From NCBI GenBank assembly GCA_965248575.1, contig CBDFJQ010000002.1:576001-640000 (forward strand): a stretch of DNA of 64,000 nt. The letters are read 5' to 3'. The translations under genes were made by a program, and so were the position numbers. Position 1 is the stretch's first letter; each line of letters begins with the position of its first letter. Below the pieces are notes generated by a model. The model worked only from the letters and a program-made list of their open reading frames with translations. It was not told the DNA's origin and did not search any database. Shown here piece after piece: positions 49,901 through 59,019 of this stretch. Origin of the DNA: Planctomycetota bacterium. GTDB taxonomy: Bacteria > Planctomycetota > B15-G4.

Positions 49901-50175
49901 CGGTGATCGCTGCGGGGCCGGCGCGTTTTCGCGCCATCCTGCTCACCTCCTTGACCACCTTCGCCGGCCTGTCTCCGCTGTTGCTGGAGCGCAGCTTGCA
50001 AGCCAAGTTCCTGATCCCCATGGCGGTGTCGCTCGGCTTCGGTGTGCTCTTCGCGACGGCCATCACGCTGCTGCTGGTGCCCGTGTCGTACATGCTGCTC
50101 GAGGATGTCCTGACGGGCGTTCGCAAGTTGCGCGGAGTCGACGACCTTCCACCCTTCGAGGGGCATGCTGCCTGA
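46990..50175 (+). CDS. RND efflux permease (AcrB/AcrD/AcrF family)
   Basis: 1061 aa; GIVVDDAIVVGENI, RFRAILLTSLTT, FLIPMAVSLGFG. Confidence 0.95.
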   Translation: MKAAIDWVAEHGVAANMLMAVILVAGAVVLPGIEQSVFPEVDSGLVTVTVEMRGAAPEEVEEGVCIKVEEAVSGIEGVKRITSRAVSGMGTVTIELENDAEPRDVMDDVKSAVDAIDSFPENSENPVVAEFEVTRQVINVALSGDVQETTLVRLGERVRDDLLGLAEISLAKLSNVRPYEVSIEVSEAEMRRYGLTFDELVAAVRSSSLDVSGGSVKTDGGEILLRARHQAYRQAEFEKLVLRTGNDGSRLTLADVASVVDAFEDTGQSARFDGQAGVLVRVYRVGDQRALDIADAVYAYVEEARADLPEGVELTTWQDDARLLRSRLDLLLDNGRTGLLLVFLTLALFLRLSLAFWVTVGIPISFLGAALVMPLLGVSVNMISLFGFIVALGIVVDDAIVVGENIYAHAEKGKKGLVAVLAGVHEVRTPVIFAILTTIAAFSPLVGIPGIMGDFVSQLPLIVVPTLLFSLVESLFILPAHLAHLGERRKSKGFGLLRLWEKVQDAVTAALERFVQRVYTPFLGICIRWRYLTLAVASASLMLTFAGFGAGFVKFHFFPDVEADNVVAFVTMPQGTPAEVTAAAVERIERAALSLRDEVEEREGGAVFRHVLASVGDQPFRNDQGRGFGKAANFTGAHTGEVNIELVPSEERVVGSTELVAELRERTGPIPGTVELIFSSNLMSTGDAIDIQLTGTDLAALRQVADELKLRLRDYPGVSDISDSFRSGQAEQRLEITPEAESLGLTRADLARQVRQGFYGEEAQRIQRGRDEVRVMVRYPADERRSLSHVENMRVRLPDGAEVPFSTVALVEEARGDSVIQRSDRRRSLNVTADVDLAVNDPNLVLADLQESVLPQLLVDHPTMSYSLEGEQREQADTVGGMIRGFLLALVMIYALLAIPFRSYLQPVIVMLAIPFGIVGAIWGHLFMGMSLTIMSLFGVVALTGILVNDSLVMVDFINSRRREGAATLNAVIAAGPARFRAILLTSLTTFAGLSPLLLERSLQAKFLIPMAVSLGFGVLFATAITLLLVPVSYMLLEDVLTGVRKLRGVDDLPPFEGHAA

Positions 50176-50191
50176 GGGCAGGGCGCTGCCT

Positions 50192-51343
50192 TCAGAGCAA
50201 CGGGTCGAACCACCCGAACAGTGTTTCCATCAGGCGCAAACTGAGGGGCCGGGCCTCCCATTGAGCCAGGCGGATCTCACGGGCGGACTCGAGATCTCGT
50301 TCGAACTGCCCCTGGAGGGTCGTGAGTGTCGTTGCCGAATGGATGCCCAGGTCCAGCTCGAGGTTGAAGTGCCGACTCCAGTTGTCGAGATTCGACGAAC
50401 CGACGTAGCCCCAATGTTGGTCGGCGACGGCGTACTTGCTGTGCAGCATGCTGCGCTGGAACTCGAAGATACGCACGCCCCGCTGGAGCAGCGAGCGATA
50501 GTAGCGGCGGCCCGCGTTCCAGACGGCGAAGTGATCCGTGCGCGGCCCGGGTAGGAGCAGGCGGACATGCACGCCCCGCTGTGCGGCGCGGGTGAGCGCT
50601 CGGCGCAGCAGGAAGCTCGGGACAAAGTAGGCGTTCGTCAAGCTCACGGAATCGCGCGCTTCGTGGATGGCGATCCGCAACCGTCGCTGAAGTTCCGGCC
50701 GTCCGCGTCGGGTGACGAGCGTGTGCAAGGTCTGGTCTCCCCGGTCTCCCTGGTGTGCTCCTGGAGCGATGGCGGGGTGCTCGTCCCGAAGGTCCGGGAG
50801 GCGCTCCTTGGTGGCGCGCTTCCAGTCCGTGACGAAGAGCCGTCTCAGCTGGGGCACGACCGGGCCTTCGACCCGGACCATCAGGTCCCACCACTCTTCC
50901 GGAGCTTGTTGGAGCCATCCGTCGGCGAAGCCTGCGCCGCCCGTGTACGCCACGCGCCCGTCAATCAGGACCAGCTTGCGATGAAAGCGACGCATGAGCC
51001 GTGAATCGAAGAGCGGGAAGCGCAGGGCGTGGAAGTAGCACACCTTGCCGCCCGCTTGTTTCAGGGCCGCCAGGTCCGAGCTCTGGACTCTTCGTCCGCC
51101 TATGCCATCCAGCAGCACACGCACCCGAAGTCCGCGCGCGGCGGCCACGCGTGCAGCCTCTAGAAAACGGCGGCCGGTTTCGTCGTCTTCCCAGAGGTAG
51201 GTTCCGAGCAGCACTTCCGTCTGGGCGGACTCAATGTCTTCGAGAATCCGTGGATAGAACTCGGGGCCCCCGGACAACACTTGCAGGGAGTTGCCCGGAG
51301 TGGGTTGCCACACGTACCGAGAGGGGCCGGCACCGAACTTCAC
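50192..51343 (-). CDS. clsB: Cardiolipin synthase B-like phospholipase D
   Basis: Two HKD motifs (HRKLVLID, HSKYAVAD), AYFVP, GSSNLD; no N-terminal TM; next to a ybhP-like gene as in the E. coli ybhP-clsB arrangement. Confidence 0.85.
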   Translation of the reverse strand: MKFGAGPSRYVWQPTPGNSLQVLSGGPEFYPRILEDIESAQTEVLLGTYLWEDDETGRRFLEAARVAAARGLRVRVLLDGIGGRRVQSSDLAALKQAGGKVCYFHALRFPLFDSRLMRRFHRKLVLIDGRVAYTGGAGFADGWLQQAPEEWWDLMVRVEGPVVPQLRRLFVTDWKRATKERLPDLRDEHPAIAPGAHQGDRGDQTLHTLVTRRGRPELQRRLRIAIHEARDSVSLTNAYFVPSFLLRRALTRAAQRGVHVRLLLPGPRTDHFAVWNAGRRYYRSLLQRGVRIFEFQRSMLHSKYAVADQHWGYVGSSNLDNWSRHFNLELDLGIHSATTLTTLQGQFERDLESAREIRLAQWEARPLSLRLMETLFGWFDPLL

Positions 51344-52077
51344 GGCAGCTCCAAGGCGAGGTCGACCACCAGGGGCAGATGGTCGGACGCGAGGCGCGCC
51401 AAGGACAGGCGAGAGCGCATGGAGTGCTCCACACTGAGCGGGCCGCGCACGAACATCTTGTCCAAGGCTCCCGCTGGACTCCAGGCCGGAAAGCTGCGCA
51501 ACGCACGTCTGCCGGTGCCAGTAGCGCAGGAGTACCCAGCTTGGGCCAGATGACCGTCAGCCAGGCTTCCGGCCCAATCGTTGGTGTCCCCGGCGATGAG
51601 CACCCTGCTGCGGCGATGCAGGTGTGCCAGCCGAGGGCACGCCAGCAGGCGCTTGACCTGCCAACGCCGCTCGAGCCCCGAAAGCCCGAGGTGCACGTTT
51701 GCGAGGTGGACCCGCAAACGGTGTCCGTCCTGCCGCACGTCGATGTCCGTGATCAAGGCGCCACGAGCCTTCTTGATGGAGAAGCTGAGGTCGACGTTTT
51801 CCACCTCGATCAAGGGGTGGTGGCTGAGGGTCGCGTTGCCGTAGCAGCCGTGTTTCAGGCTCACGTTGGGGCCGAAGGCCAGGTGCGGGAAACCCAGTTG
51901 CTCGGCGAGGACTTCTGCCTGGTGATCATGCCGGGAGCGCGGCACCCCTTGATCCACCTCCTGCAGCATCACGGTGTCCGGCCCGTAGTGCTGGATGACC
52001 GTGATGATTCGGTCGAGGGCATAGCGTCGATCGATGCCACCGATGCCTTTGTGGATGTTCCAGAGCAGGACTCGCAT
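51340..52077 (-). CDS. Endonuclease/exonuclease/phosphatase family protein (YbhP-like)
   Basis: WNIHKG, LQEVD, YGNATLS, AGDTNDW, LDK, ASDHLP. Confidence 0.9.
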   Translation of the reverse strand: MRVLLWNIHKGIGGIDRRYALDRIITVIQHYGPDTVMLQEVDQGVPRSRHDHQAEVLAEQLGFPHLAFGPNVSLKHGCYGNATLSHHPLIEVENVDLSFSIKKARGALITDIDVRQDGHRLRVHLANVHLGLSGLERRWQVKRLLACPRLAHLHRRSRVLIAGDTNDWAGSLADGHLAQAGYSCATGTGRRALRSFPAWSPAGALDKMFVRGPLSVEHSMRSRLSLARLASDHLPLVVDLALELP

Positions 52078-52083
52078 GGGGCG

Positions 52084-54171
52084 TCAGTTGCCTGCCGAGC
52101 TGAGCCGGAGCAAGTCGTCCAGGCGATCCCGGGCGGGCTGGTAGTCCGGATCGGCATTGAGCGCAGCGCGCAAGGACTGCTCGGCTTCTGTGGACCGGTT
52201 GGTGCCGAGCAGGAGTAGCGCGAGGTTGAAGTGGCTGCGTGCGTCTTCAGGCTGGGCAGCGACGGCTTCCCGGAAGAACTGCTCTGCTGTGGGGGCCGCT
52301 TGGCTGCGCAGCGCGGCGAGGCCCAGGGCGTTGAGGGTGGGGCCGTGCGTCCCATCGGAGGCTCGCGCCCGAAGCCACACCGCGCGCGCGTCGTCAGCTC
52401 GGCCCAGTTCATCCAACAGGACTCCGTAGCCGTACAGCACCGCGGCGTCGTCAGGCGTCAGTTGAGCAGCGCGTTTGGCGTGCGGCAGCGCCTGTTCCCT
52501 CCGGCCAGCCTGCCGCAGCGCCGCGGAGAGATTGAAGTGCGCCTCACCAAAGTCGGGGTCGATGCGCACGGCCTCCTCATACGCGTCGATGCCCTGGCTC
52601 AGCTCTCCGCGTTCGAAGTGGAAATTCCCTTTGAGCCAAGAGCTCATGGCATCCCGCCCGCCTGCCAGGCCGAGGGCGCGGTCGGTGAGGGCTTCGGCTT
52701 CGCTGGTCTTGCCTGCCCAGTCGAGCACGGAAGCCAGCCGGGAGAGGGCCCGCACATGATCTTCGGTGCTGAGTCGGGCCTCCACGGTCCGGTTCACAGC
52801 CGCTTCTCGTTCTGGCGTCCAGACGCTGGACAGTTGAACCAGATCGGCCTCGGCCAGGGTGTCGAGCAGGGCCGCTGAGAGACGGCGATAACCCTCCACG
52901 GTCATGTGCACATGGTCGAGGAAGAGGTCGGCTCCGGGGATGGGGCGCCCGCTTAGCTCCTGGGCCGCAGTGTCCATCACGGCGACGGCGTCCAGGAAGT
53001 GGGCTCCCTCCTGTGAAGCGACCTCCCGAACGATGGCCCGCACCTCACTCAGGGCGCGCAGGGGGACGATGTCCTCGTCTCGAGCGCGCTCCAATGCCAG
53101 ACGCGCACCTGCCGTGTCTCCCGATGCCAGCAAGGCGAGCCCGAGGTCGTACCAATGGTCGGCGAAGCGCGGGTCGCTCCGAATGGCAGCTCGCAAGGCC
53201 TGGAGATCCTGCTCACCGTTCGTGGCCGGCAGGGGGGCTCCGGGTTCACCGCTGTCGCGTTGGCTTCGCTCGCTCTTGAACGGCCTGCAGTCCAGGAGTT
53301 GGGAGGCGGGGGCGACGAGCACGACGTCGGCACCGGCGGCGCGCGCCCGACGCACCATCGCCACGAGCTTGGCGCGGTACTGCTGCAGGACCCTGCCCCG
53401 CAAGCGGTCGTCGCGGGTGTAGGCGTCAGGCCCCAGGCTCTGATCCAAGAGCGTCTGCACCTCGCCTGGCAGCGTTTCGGCGGCGGGCACCGTGGGCCCC
53501 GATGCCTGCGCGCCGAGCAGGCTGCGCAGGGCTTGGAACAAAGCGGAGCGTCGCGCCCAGCTGCCCACGCTGAGAAGCCAGGGCGGAGTGCTCGCAAGCC
53601 CCGCGTAGGTGCGTTCCTCGAGGAACTCGTTGTGCCCGCTGTAGATGATGACGATGTCGGGGTCGTACTGGAGCATCTCCTCCAGCACGAGGGCTACTCG
53701 GTAACTGGCGTAGCTGATGCCACCGGCGTTCAGGACTTCCCAAGCGCGGTGGGGCGCGGCTTCGGGTAACCAGGCCCGCAGCCAGCCCGAGAAGGAGGTG
53801 GGGTCGGCATAGGGGCGGCCGTAGGTCGAGGAGCCGCCGAGGCTGAGGATGCGCACGGTGCCGGCTTCCTTCTCCGCAGCGAAGCTCTGCACGTTGAAGT
53901 GGTTGCGCTTGTACGGGGCAGTCACCATCTGTCCCGCCGCTGCACCTGGGCTTTCCGGCAGGGTGTTTTGTTCCACGTAGAGCGGCAGGGCATTCGAGAA
54001 CCCCACATAGGGGTCCTCAGCTTGAGCCGGAGGGCCGTAACCCAGGAGCTGCAAGGCCCCCTCGACGCCACCGAGCACCACCAGTGTGGCCAGAAGCTGG
54101 ATGCCGGCCCGGCGCAGGCGGGATGGGCGTCGCCTTGCTGCGCTGATGGGTGCGGTCGTGGGCGCGCTCAT
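52084..54171 (-). CDS. SGNH-like domain protein with C-terminal TPR array
   Basis: N-terminal TM; LGGSSTYG, NAGGISYAS, IYSGHNEFLE, FLDHVH; multiple TPRs (EAHFNL, SHFNLA). Confidence 0.85.
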   Translation of the reverse strand: MSAPTTAPISAARRRPSRLRRAGIQLLATLVVLGGVEGALQLLGYGPPAQAEDPYVGFSNALPLYVEQNTLPESPGAAAGQMVTAPYKRNHFNVQSFAAEKEAGTVRILSLGGSSTYGRPYADPTSFSGWLRAWLPEAAPHRAWEVLNAGGISYASYRVALVLEEMLQYDPDIVIIYSGHNEFLEERTYAGLASTPPWLLSVGSWARRSALFQALRSLLGAQASGPTVPAAETLPGEVQTLLDQSLGPDAYTRDDRLRGRVLQQYRAKLVAMVRRARAAGADVVLVAPASQLLDCRPFKSERSQRDSGEPGAPLPATNGEQDLQALRAAIRSDPRFADHWYDLGLALLASGDTAGARLALERARDEDIVPLRALSEVRAIVREVASQEGAHFLDAVAVMDTAAQELSGRPIPGADLFLDHVHMTVEGYRRLSAALLDTLAEADLVQLSSVWTPEREAAVNRTVEARLSTEDHVRALSRLASVLDWAGKTSEAEALTDRALGLAGGRDAMSSWLKGNFHFERGELSQGIDAYEEAVRIDPDFGEAHFNLSAALRQAGRREQALPHAKRAAQLTPDDAAVLYGYGVLLDELGRADDARAVWLRARASDGTHGPTLNALGLAALRSQAAPTAEQFFREAVAAQPEDARSHFNLALLLLGTNRSTEAEQSLRAALNADPDYQPARDRLDDLLRLSSAGN

Positions 54172-55505
54172 GGGCGCAGGGCCAAGACGTGGACGCCGCC
54201 GGGAGTTGCGGTTGCTTGGCCCAGGTCAGGGGAGCCCACCGCCAACTCGGGTCGGCCGTCGCCGTCCAGGTCGCCGAGCGCAGCCAGGCCCAGGCCGTAG
54301 GAGTGCTGGTCGGGGTGGGCCTCCAGCCGGCGCAATTCGCGTCCATCGGAGGAGGACAGCAGGCGCACGTGGCCCCCGCCACCCGGAGTGGCCGCCAGCT
54401 CAGCCCGCCCGTCTCCATCCAGGTCAGCCACCGAAGCCACCTGGGACCCCAGGCGTAGCCCACGCTCCAAGCCCCTGGCAATCAACAGGTTGGTGCCGTC
54501 GCGCCCATGGATGATGTGCACAGCGCCCCCGAGCGGGGCCGCGTTGCTGTCCAAGGGGGCCCCGACAGCCAATTCAGGGAGGCCATCGCCATTCAGGTCG
54601 GGAAAGGAGGCCAGAGCTTCGCCGAATCCAGCCCCACGCCCGTCCAGCCTCAGCAAGGTCGCCCCGGTGCGCCCCGAGAGGAACAGCACGGCTTGAGACG
54701 GGGGGGCAGAAGCCGCCAGGTCGGGCAGGCCGTCGCCATTGATGTCGCCCAGGGGGGCCAAAAGCCGGCCCAGGTCAGAGGCCTCGGCGCTACCGCGGGC
54801 CGTGAAAAGGGGGCTCCCGTCTGCGCCAGAGAGAGCCCGGACATAGCCGAAACCAGGGTCGTTCGTCGGCCCCTGAGCGGGCTGAAGTGCTGCGGCCGCA
54901 AGGTCTGGAGTGCCATCGCCATCGACATCACCCAGGGCGCAGAGGGCTACACCCAGGGCATCTCCGCCCCGGTCTCCCTGGCTTACCCAGAGCGGCGTCC
55001 CGGATCGTCCGGAGTACAGATGAACAGCACCCGCCTCGGGGCCCCGGAGGTCGGCACCTGGAGCTCCCACGGCGATGTCCCGGACACCATCCCCGTCCAC
55101 GTCGGCCACCGAGGCCACGGACCTGCCGAAGGCGTCACCGCCAGAAGCACCGTCCAGACGCAGGAGCCGGGCCCCGTCGGAGCCGGAAAGGGCCAGGACA
55201 TAGCCCGGCTGGGCCTGGAGCGCTCCCATCTGGGATGCGCTGACCAGGAGGTCCGGAACACCGTCGCCATTGAGATCGCCGGCTGATGTCAGCGCCATCC
55301 CCAAGAGGTCGCCGTTTTTGTGACCCGTGAACTCCATGAGCAACTCTTGCGGCGCCCCCGCAGATCCGCAGGCGAAATGCAGAATCAGGAGCAGCAGCGG
55401 GGCCATGCGGGTAGCCAAACACGCCAGCCGGCTGTTGGGTGCCAGGGTGCGGGGGGACGCCAGGCTGCGGGCGTGGCGGGGTGGGTGCACTTCACGGCGG
55501 TTCAT
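54168..55505 (-). CDS. FG-GAP repeat (integrin-alpha-like) beta-propeller lipoprotein
   Basis: Seven repeats of D.(N/D)GDG..(D/E)L.(V/A)(G/S/A)AP; lipobox-like FACG; start uncertain. Confidence 0.9.
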   Translation of the reverse strand: MNRREVHPPRHARSLASPRTLAPNSRLACLATRMAPLLLLILHFACGSAGAPQELLMEFTGHKNGDLLGMALTSAGDLNGDGVPDLLVSASQMGALQAQPGYVLALSGSDGARLLRLDGASGGDAFGRSVASVADVDGDGVRDIAVGAPGADLRGPEAGAVHLYSGRSGTPLWVSQGDRGGDALGVALCALGDVDGDGTPDLAAAALQPAQGPTNDPGFGYVRALSGADGSPLFTARGSAEASDLGRLLAPLGDINGDGLPDLAASAPPSQAVLFLSGRTGATLLRLDGRGAGFGEALASFPDLNGDGLPELAVGAPLDSNAAPLGGAVHIIHGRDGTNLLIARGLERGLRLGSQVASVADLDGDGRAELAATPGGGGHVRLLSSSDGRELRRLEAHPDQHSYGLGLAALGDLDGDGRPELAVGSPDLGQATATPGGVHVLALRP

Positions 55506-55916
55506 GAGGGGGAACACGATACTCCTTCGCTGCAGGACGGAGGGCGTGCTCTCTGCAATGACGGCTCCGTCAGGGCAGATTCAAGGTGAATACCGGCCGA
55601 GACGGATGTATCGTCCACCGCGGATCTCGCGTCGTTTGCGCAGGGCCCGGGAGACGCCCCTTCATCGACTGCATGGCATCGATTGCATGCCGATCGGAAG
55701 CTGGTGAGGATTCGAGAGGCTAGGGCCTCGGTCATCAGCTTTGGGGATGTCCCAGATTGGTCCCAGTCGAGGGCTGGCCTGGGTCATGCGCGTCGGCTTC
55801 GGCCCAGCGTGCAGGTGGAAACACGCGAGATCCCTGACAGGACGACACAGCACGCAAGCAGACATCGCCAAACGACATCGATTGACACCCTCGCTGGACA
55901 TCCCACAGGTGACCTC

Positions 55917-58325
55917 ATGAAGACGCTGCTTTCCCAGTTTTGCGAAGAGTTTGACGGCGTGGTTCGCCCGCTGCTGTCGCCGCTCACCCAGGCGGCAGAC
56001 ACGCTGAACCATGTGTCGGACAAGACCGGCGTCCGGGTTCTCCTGCCGACGGTTCTGGATGTGCGTCATCACTTGAGCACCCTGGCTGACAAGGTGGCAG
56101 AGCAGCAGGCCTATGTGCTGATCTTTGGCCCCCTCAAGAGCGGCAAGTCGACGCTCATGAACGCTATCAGCGCGGCGTATGTGAGCGAAGTCACGACCCT
56201 GCCCGCCTACCCCTGCATGGTGTATGTGAGCCACGCCGAGAAGGTGGGTTTCACCGTCACCCGCTTCAACGGGCAGCAGGAGGAGTTCGGTGACATGGCT
56301 TCGATGCGCACGCTCCTGGAGTGGGCGCACAACGAGCTGGCGGACCGCATCCGCGAGGTGGAGGCCCGCAACGAGACCTTCGACCCGAACGAGCACATCC
56401 CGCAGGCAATCCGTCGCATCGACGTGAAGCTGCCGGCCCCGCACCTGGCGGAATCCAGCGCCGTGCTCGTGGACACCCCCGGCCTCTACAGCCGGATGAA
56501 GTTTGGCTACGACCGCATGACGCGCGAGTTCCGGAACACCGCGGCCAGCGCAATCTTCGTGGTCAAGACCGACAACCTGTTCTTGGAACAGGTGTTCAAC
56601 GAGTTCGGCGATCTTCTGAAGTTGTTCAGCCGCATCTTCCTCGTGGTCAACATCGACTCGACCAAGCGGGACCTGCTCGCCAATGGCGAACTCGGCCCGA
56701 GCCTCGAGTGCCATGATCCCGACCGGATCATCACGGCTTTCGAGAACCTGGCCATGACGGCGCCGTTGAAGTCAGCGCTCAAGGAAGGGCGGCTGAAGAT
56801 CTACCCGGTGGACTTGCTGCGCGCTGCGTCTGGCCGTGTGAAGGGCGAGGAGAGAGACGCCGACGGCGGGGCGAACTTCAAGGCCTTCCAACGTGACCTC
56901 ACCGACTACCTCAACAGCACCGACTATCTGGTGGCGTTCCTGGGGGACAGCTTGAAGCAGGCGTGGGGTCTGCTTGGCGAACTCAAGAACCTCTGCGAAC
57001 GGGACTCCGTGAAGGAGCTGGGTGAGAAGGTCCTGCGCCTGGACGCGGAGCAGAATCGCCTGGACGGCCTGGAGCAGGCTGCGGAACGCCTCGGTGCGTG
57101 CAACTGGGACAGCTTCTTCGGAGCGCTTGGAGACGACCTCTCCAGCATTGCGCGGGGCCGGATCGAAAAGCTTCGCGACCAGACTGCCCACGGCTTGGGT
57201 GATGCCATGGACGCCTGGTTCGAAGGGGACTCCAGCTATCAGAGCCTGCTCGTGGACCTGGCACAACCGCTCTTGGCCCGTAGCCGCGATGACCTCACGG
57301 CCACGGCCCGGGGTGTGCTGGACACGGTGGCGTCCACCGACACGGCAGGTGCCCAGGTCCCCGACAAGATCCGGCAAGACCTCGAAAGCCTGGGTGTCGA
57401 CCTGGGTGCCCTGGGCAAGGCCTGTCTCAAGCAGATCGACCCCGGCAGCGGCATGGCGCATGCCAAGTTGGACGTGCCCACATCGCGCATACCTGTGAAG
57501 AAGGGCTTCCTCGACTATGTTTGCCTGCGCGGTCAGGGCAGCGTGCGTCGGCGGCTCTTCGGCCCCGAAGAGGCACCCAATGAGCCCATCCCGCGCTCCG
57601 TGAAGATGCGGCGCATGGGGACGCAGGGTCGAGACGGTCTCCAGGATGTGCTGGAAGGGGCCTTCGGGGACTTCTTCGAAGGCGCGCTGGACCACCTCTC
57701 GACGCAGGTTCTCAAGCTCTACGTCGGCACCCTGCGCATGGGTATCAAGGGTGAGTTGCGCAAGATTCGCGAGGCGAATGCCCTGCGCAAATCCTCGGTG
57801 GCGCGGCGCCTGGCAGAGCTCACCCGGGTGAGCGAATCGCTCGGCAATCTCTCCAACGTGGTGGAGCAGGCCTCGGTGGTGCTGGGAAGTCTCTCGAGCC
57901 GCTATGGCGAGACGGATCCCAAGCTGCTCGTGCGCCCCGTGACCTCGATGACCGAGACGATCGACGCTCTGTCATCCGGTGAAACGGTCAGCACGCCTCC
58001 AGCAACACGCTCCTTGGCGGGCAAGGCGGCCAGCGATCTGGGCGAAGTGAGCTCAGCGGCGGGGCGCGTGGGCGGTACGGCGCGTGCGAGCCTGCTGTCG
58101 GATCGTTCGACCCCCGCCTCCAACTCGGCGGGCAAGGACGCACCGGATTCGGACCTGTCCAAGAAAATCCTGGCACCGACAGAAACGGGCGCCGTTGGCG
58201 ACGGTCAGGCCGCGAAGGACGCCGAGCAGGCTGAGTTGGTGTCATCCAGCGAGGGCAACCGCGCGGGCGACGCTGTCGAGGGCGTCGAAGCCGCGGAGTC
58301 GCCAGAGCCTAAGTCTGACGCGTGA
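55917..58325 (+). CDS. Bacterial dynamin-like GTPase
   Basis: G1 GPLKSGKSTLMNA, G3 LVDTPG, G4-like VVNID; long helical stalk; low-complexity acidic C-terminal tail. Confidence 0.82.
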   Translation: MKTLLSQFCEEFDGVVRPLLSPLTQAADTLNHVSDKTGVRVLLPTVLDVRHHLSTLADKVAEQQAYVLIFGPLKSGKSTLMNAISAAYVSEVTTLPAYPCMVYVSHAEKVGFTVTRFNGQQEEFGDMASMRTLLEWAHNELADRIREVEARNETFDPNEHIPQAIRRIDVKLPAPHLAESSAVLVDTPGLYSRMKFGYDRMTREFRNTAASAIFVVKTDNLFLEQVFNEFGDLLKLFSRIFLVVNIDSTKRDLLANGELGPSLECHDPDRIITAFENLAMTAPLKSALKEGRLKIYPVDLLRAASGRVKGEERDADGGANFKAFQRDLTDYLNSTDYLVAFLGDSLKQAWGLLGELKNLCERDSVKELGEKVLRLDAEQNRLDGLEQAAERLGACNWDSFFGALGDDLSSIARGRIEKLRDQTAHGLGDAMDAWFEGDSSYQSLLVDLAQPLLARSRDDLTATARGVLDTVASTDTAGAQVPDKIRQDLESLGVDLGALGKACLKQIDPGSGMAHAKLDVPTSRIPVKKGFLDYVCLRGQGSVRRRLFGPEEAPNEPIPRSVKMRRMGTQGRDGLQDVLEGAFGDFFEGALDHLSTQVLKLYVGTLRMGIKGELRKIREANALRKSSVARRLAELTRVSESLGNLSNVVEQASVVLGSLSSRYGETDPKLLVRPVTSMTETIDALSSGETVSTPPATRSLAGKAASDLGEVSSAAGRVGGTARASLLSDRSTPASNSAGKDAPDSDLSKKILAPTETGAVGDGQAAKDAEQAELVSSSEGNRAGDAVEGVEAAESPEPKSDA

Positions 58326-58332
58326 CCTAGAC

Positions 58333-59019
58333 CTAGGGCTGGGACTGCGTGTTCAGCAGAACCCGGTAGCCCTGGCCCCGCTTGTTCTCGATGAGCGGGT
58401 TGCCCTGGGCATCGAGTTTGCGGCGGAGCCTGCCCACGTGAACATCCAGGACGTTCGTGCCGGGATCGAATTCAAGATCCCAGACCTCCTTCAACAGCTC
58501 CTCGCGGGTCACGAGTTCGCCCTTGGCTTTCACCAAGGCGAGCAGCAGGTCGAACTCGCGCGGGCTGAGATCCACCCGCCGACCGTTTCTCAGCACGCGT
58601 CGGCGAGCCAGGTCGATGGTGATTTCACCGTACTCCAGCGGCTGGAGCGATTCGCGGCGCCGCACCACGGCATCCATGCGAGCGACGAGCTCCTCGATCT
58701 CCGGTGGCTTGACGATGTAGTCGTCGGCTCCGAGTGAAAGCCCCTTCACCTTCTGCTTCGTGCGGCCTTCGCCCGAGACGATGATCACAGGCGTTTCATT
58801 TCCCGCTTGGCGCAAGCTGTAGAGCAGGTCGAGGCCGGAGGGCCCTGGCAGCCCGATGTCCAACAAGATCAAGTCGACGGCGGGCGTTGGGCGAGGGTGG
58901 AGGACCGAGAGGGCCTCCGCCTCAGAACTCGCAGTGAGCACATCCACACCAGCTGACTCAAGCCCAGCCTGAGCGAACAGGACGAAGTCCGAATCGTCAT
59001 CGACGAGTAGTACTCTCAC
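58333..59019 (-). CDS. OmpR/PhoB family response regulator (no kinase in window)
   Basis: GGGAGG before the GTG; VLLVDDD, LLDIGLP, GADDYIVKP, LSPREFDLL, NVLDVHVGRLRRKL, RGQGY. Confidence 0.94.
   Translation of the reverse strand: MRVLLVDDDSDFVLFAQAGLESAGVDVLTASSEAEALSVLHPRPTPAVDLILLDIGLPGPSGLDLLYSLRQAGNETPVIIVSGEGRTKQKVKGLSLGADDYIVKPPEIEELVARMDAVVRRRESLQPLEYGEITIDLARRRVLRNGRRVDLSPREFDLLLALVKAKGELVTREELLKEVWDLEFDPGTNVLDVHVGRLRRKLDAQGNPLIENKRGQGYRVLLNTQSQP

Noticed and set aside
55674..55690. Sigma-54 promoter (TGGCA...TTGC)
   Set aside because: The GG-to-GC spacing is 8 or 12 nt, not the required 10
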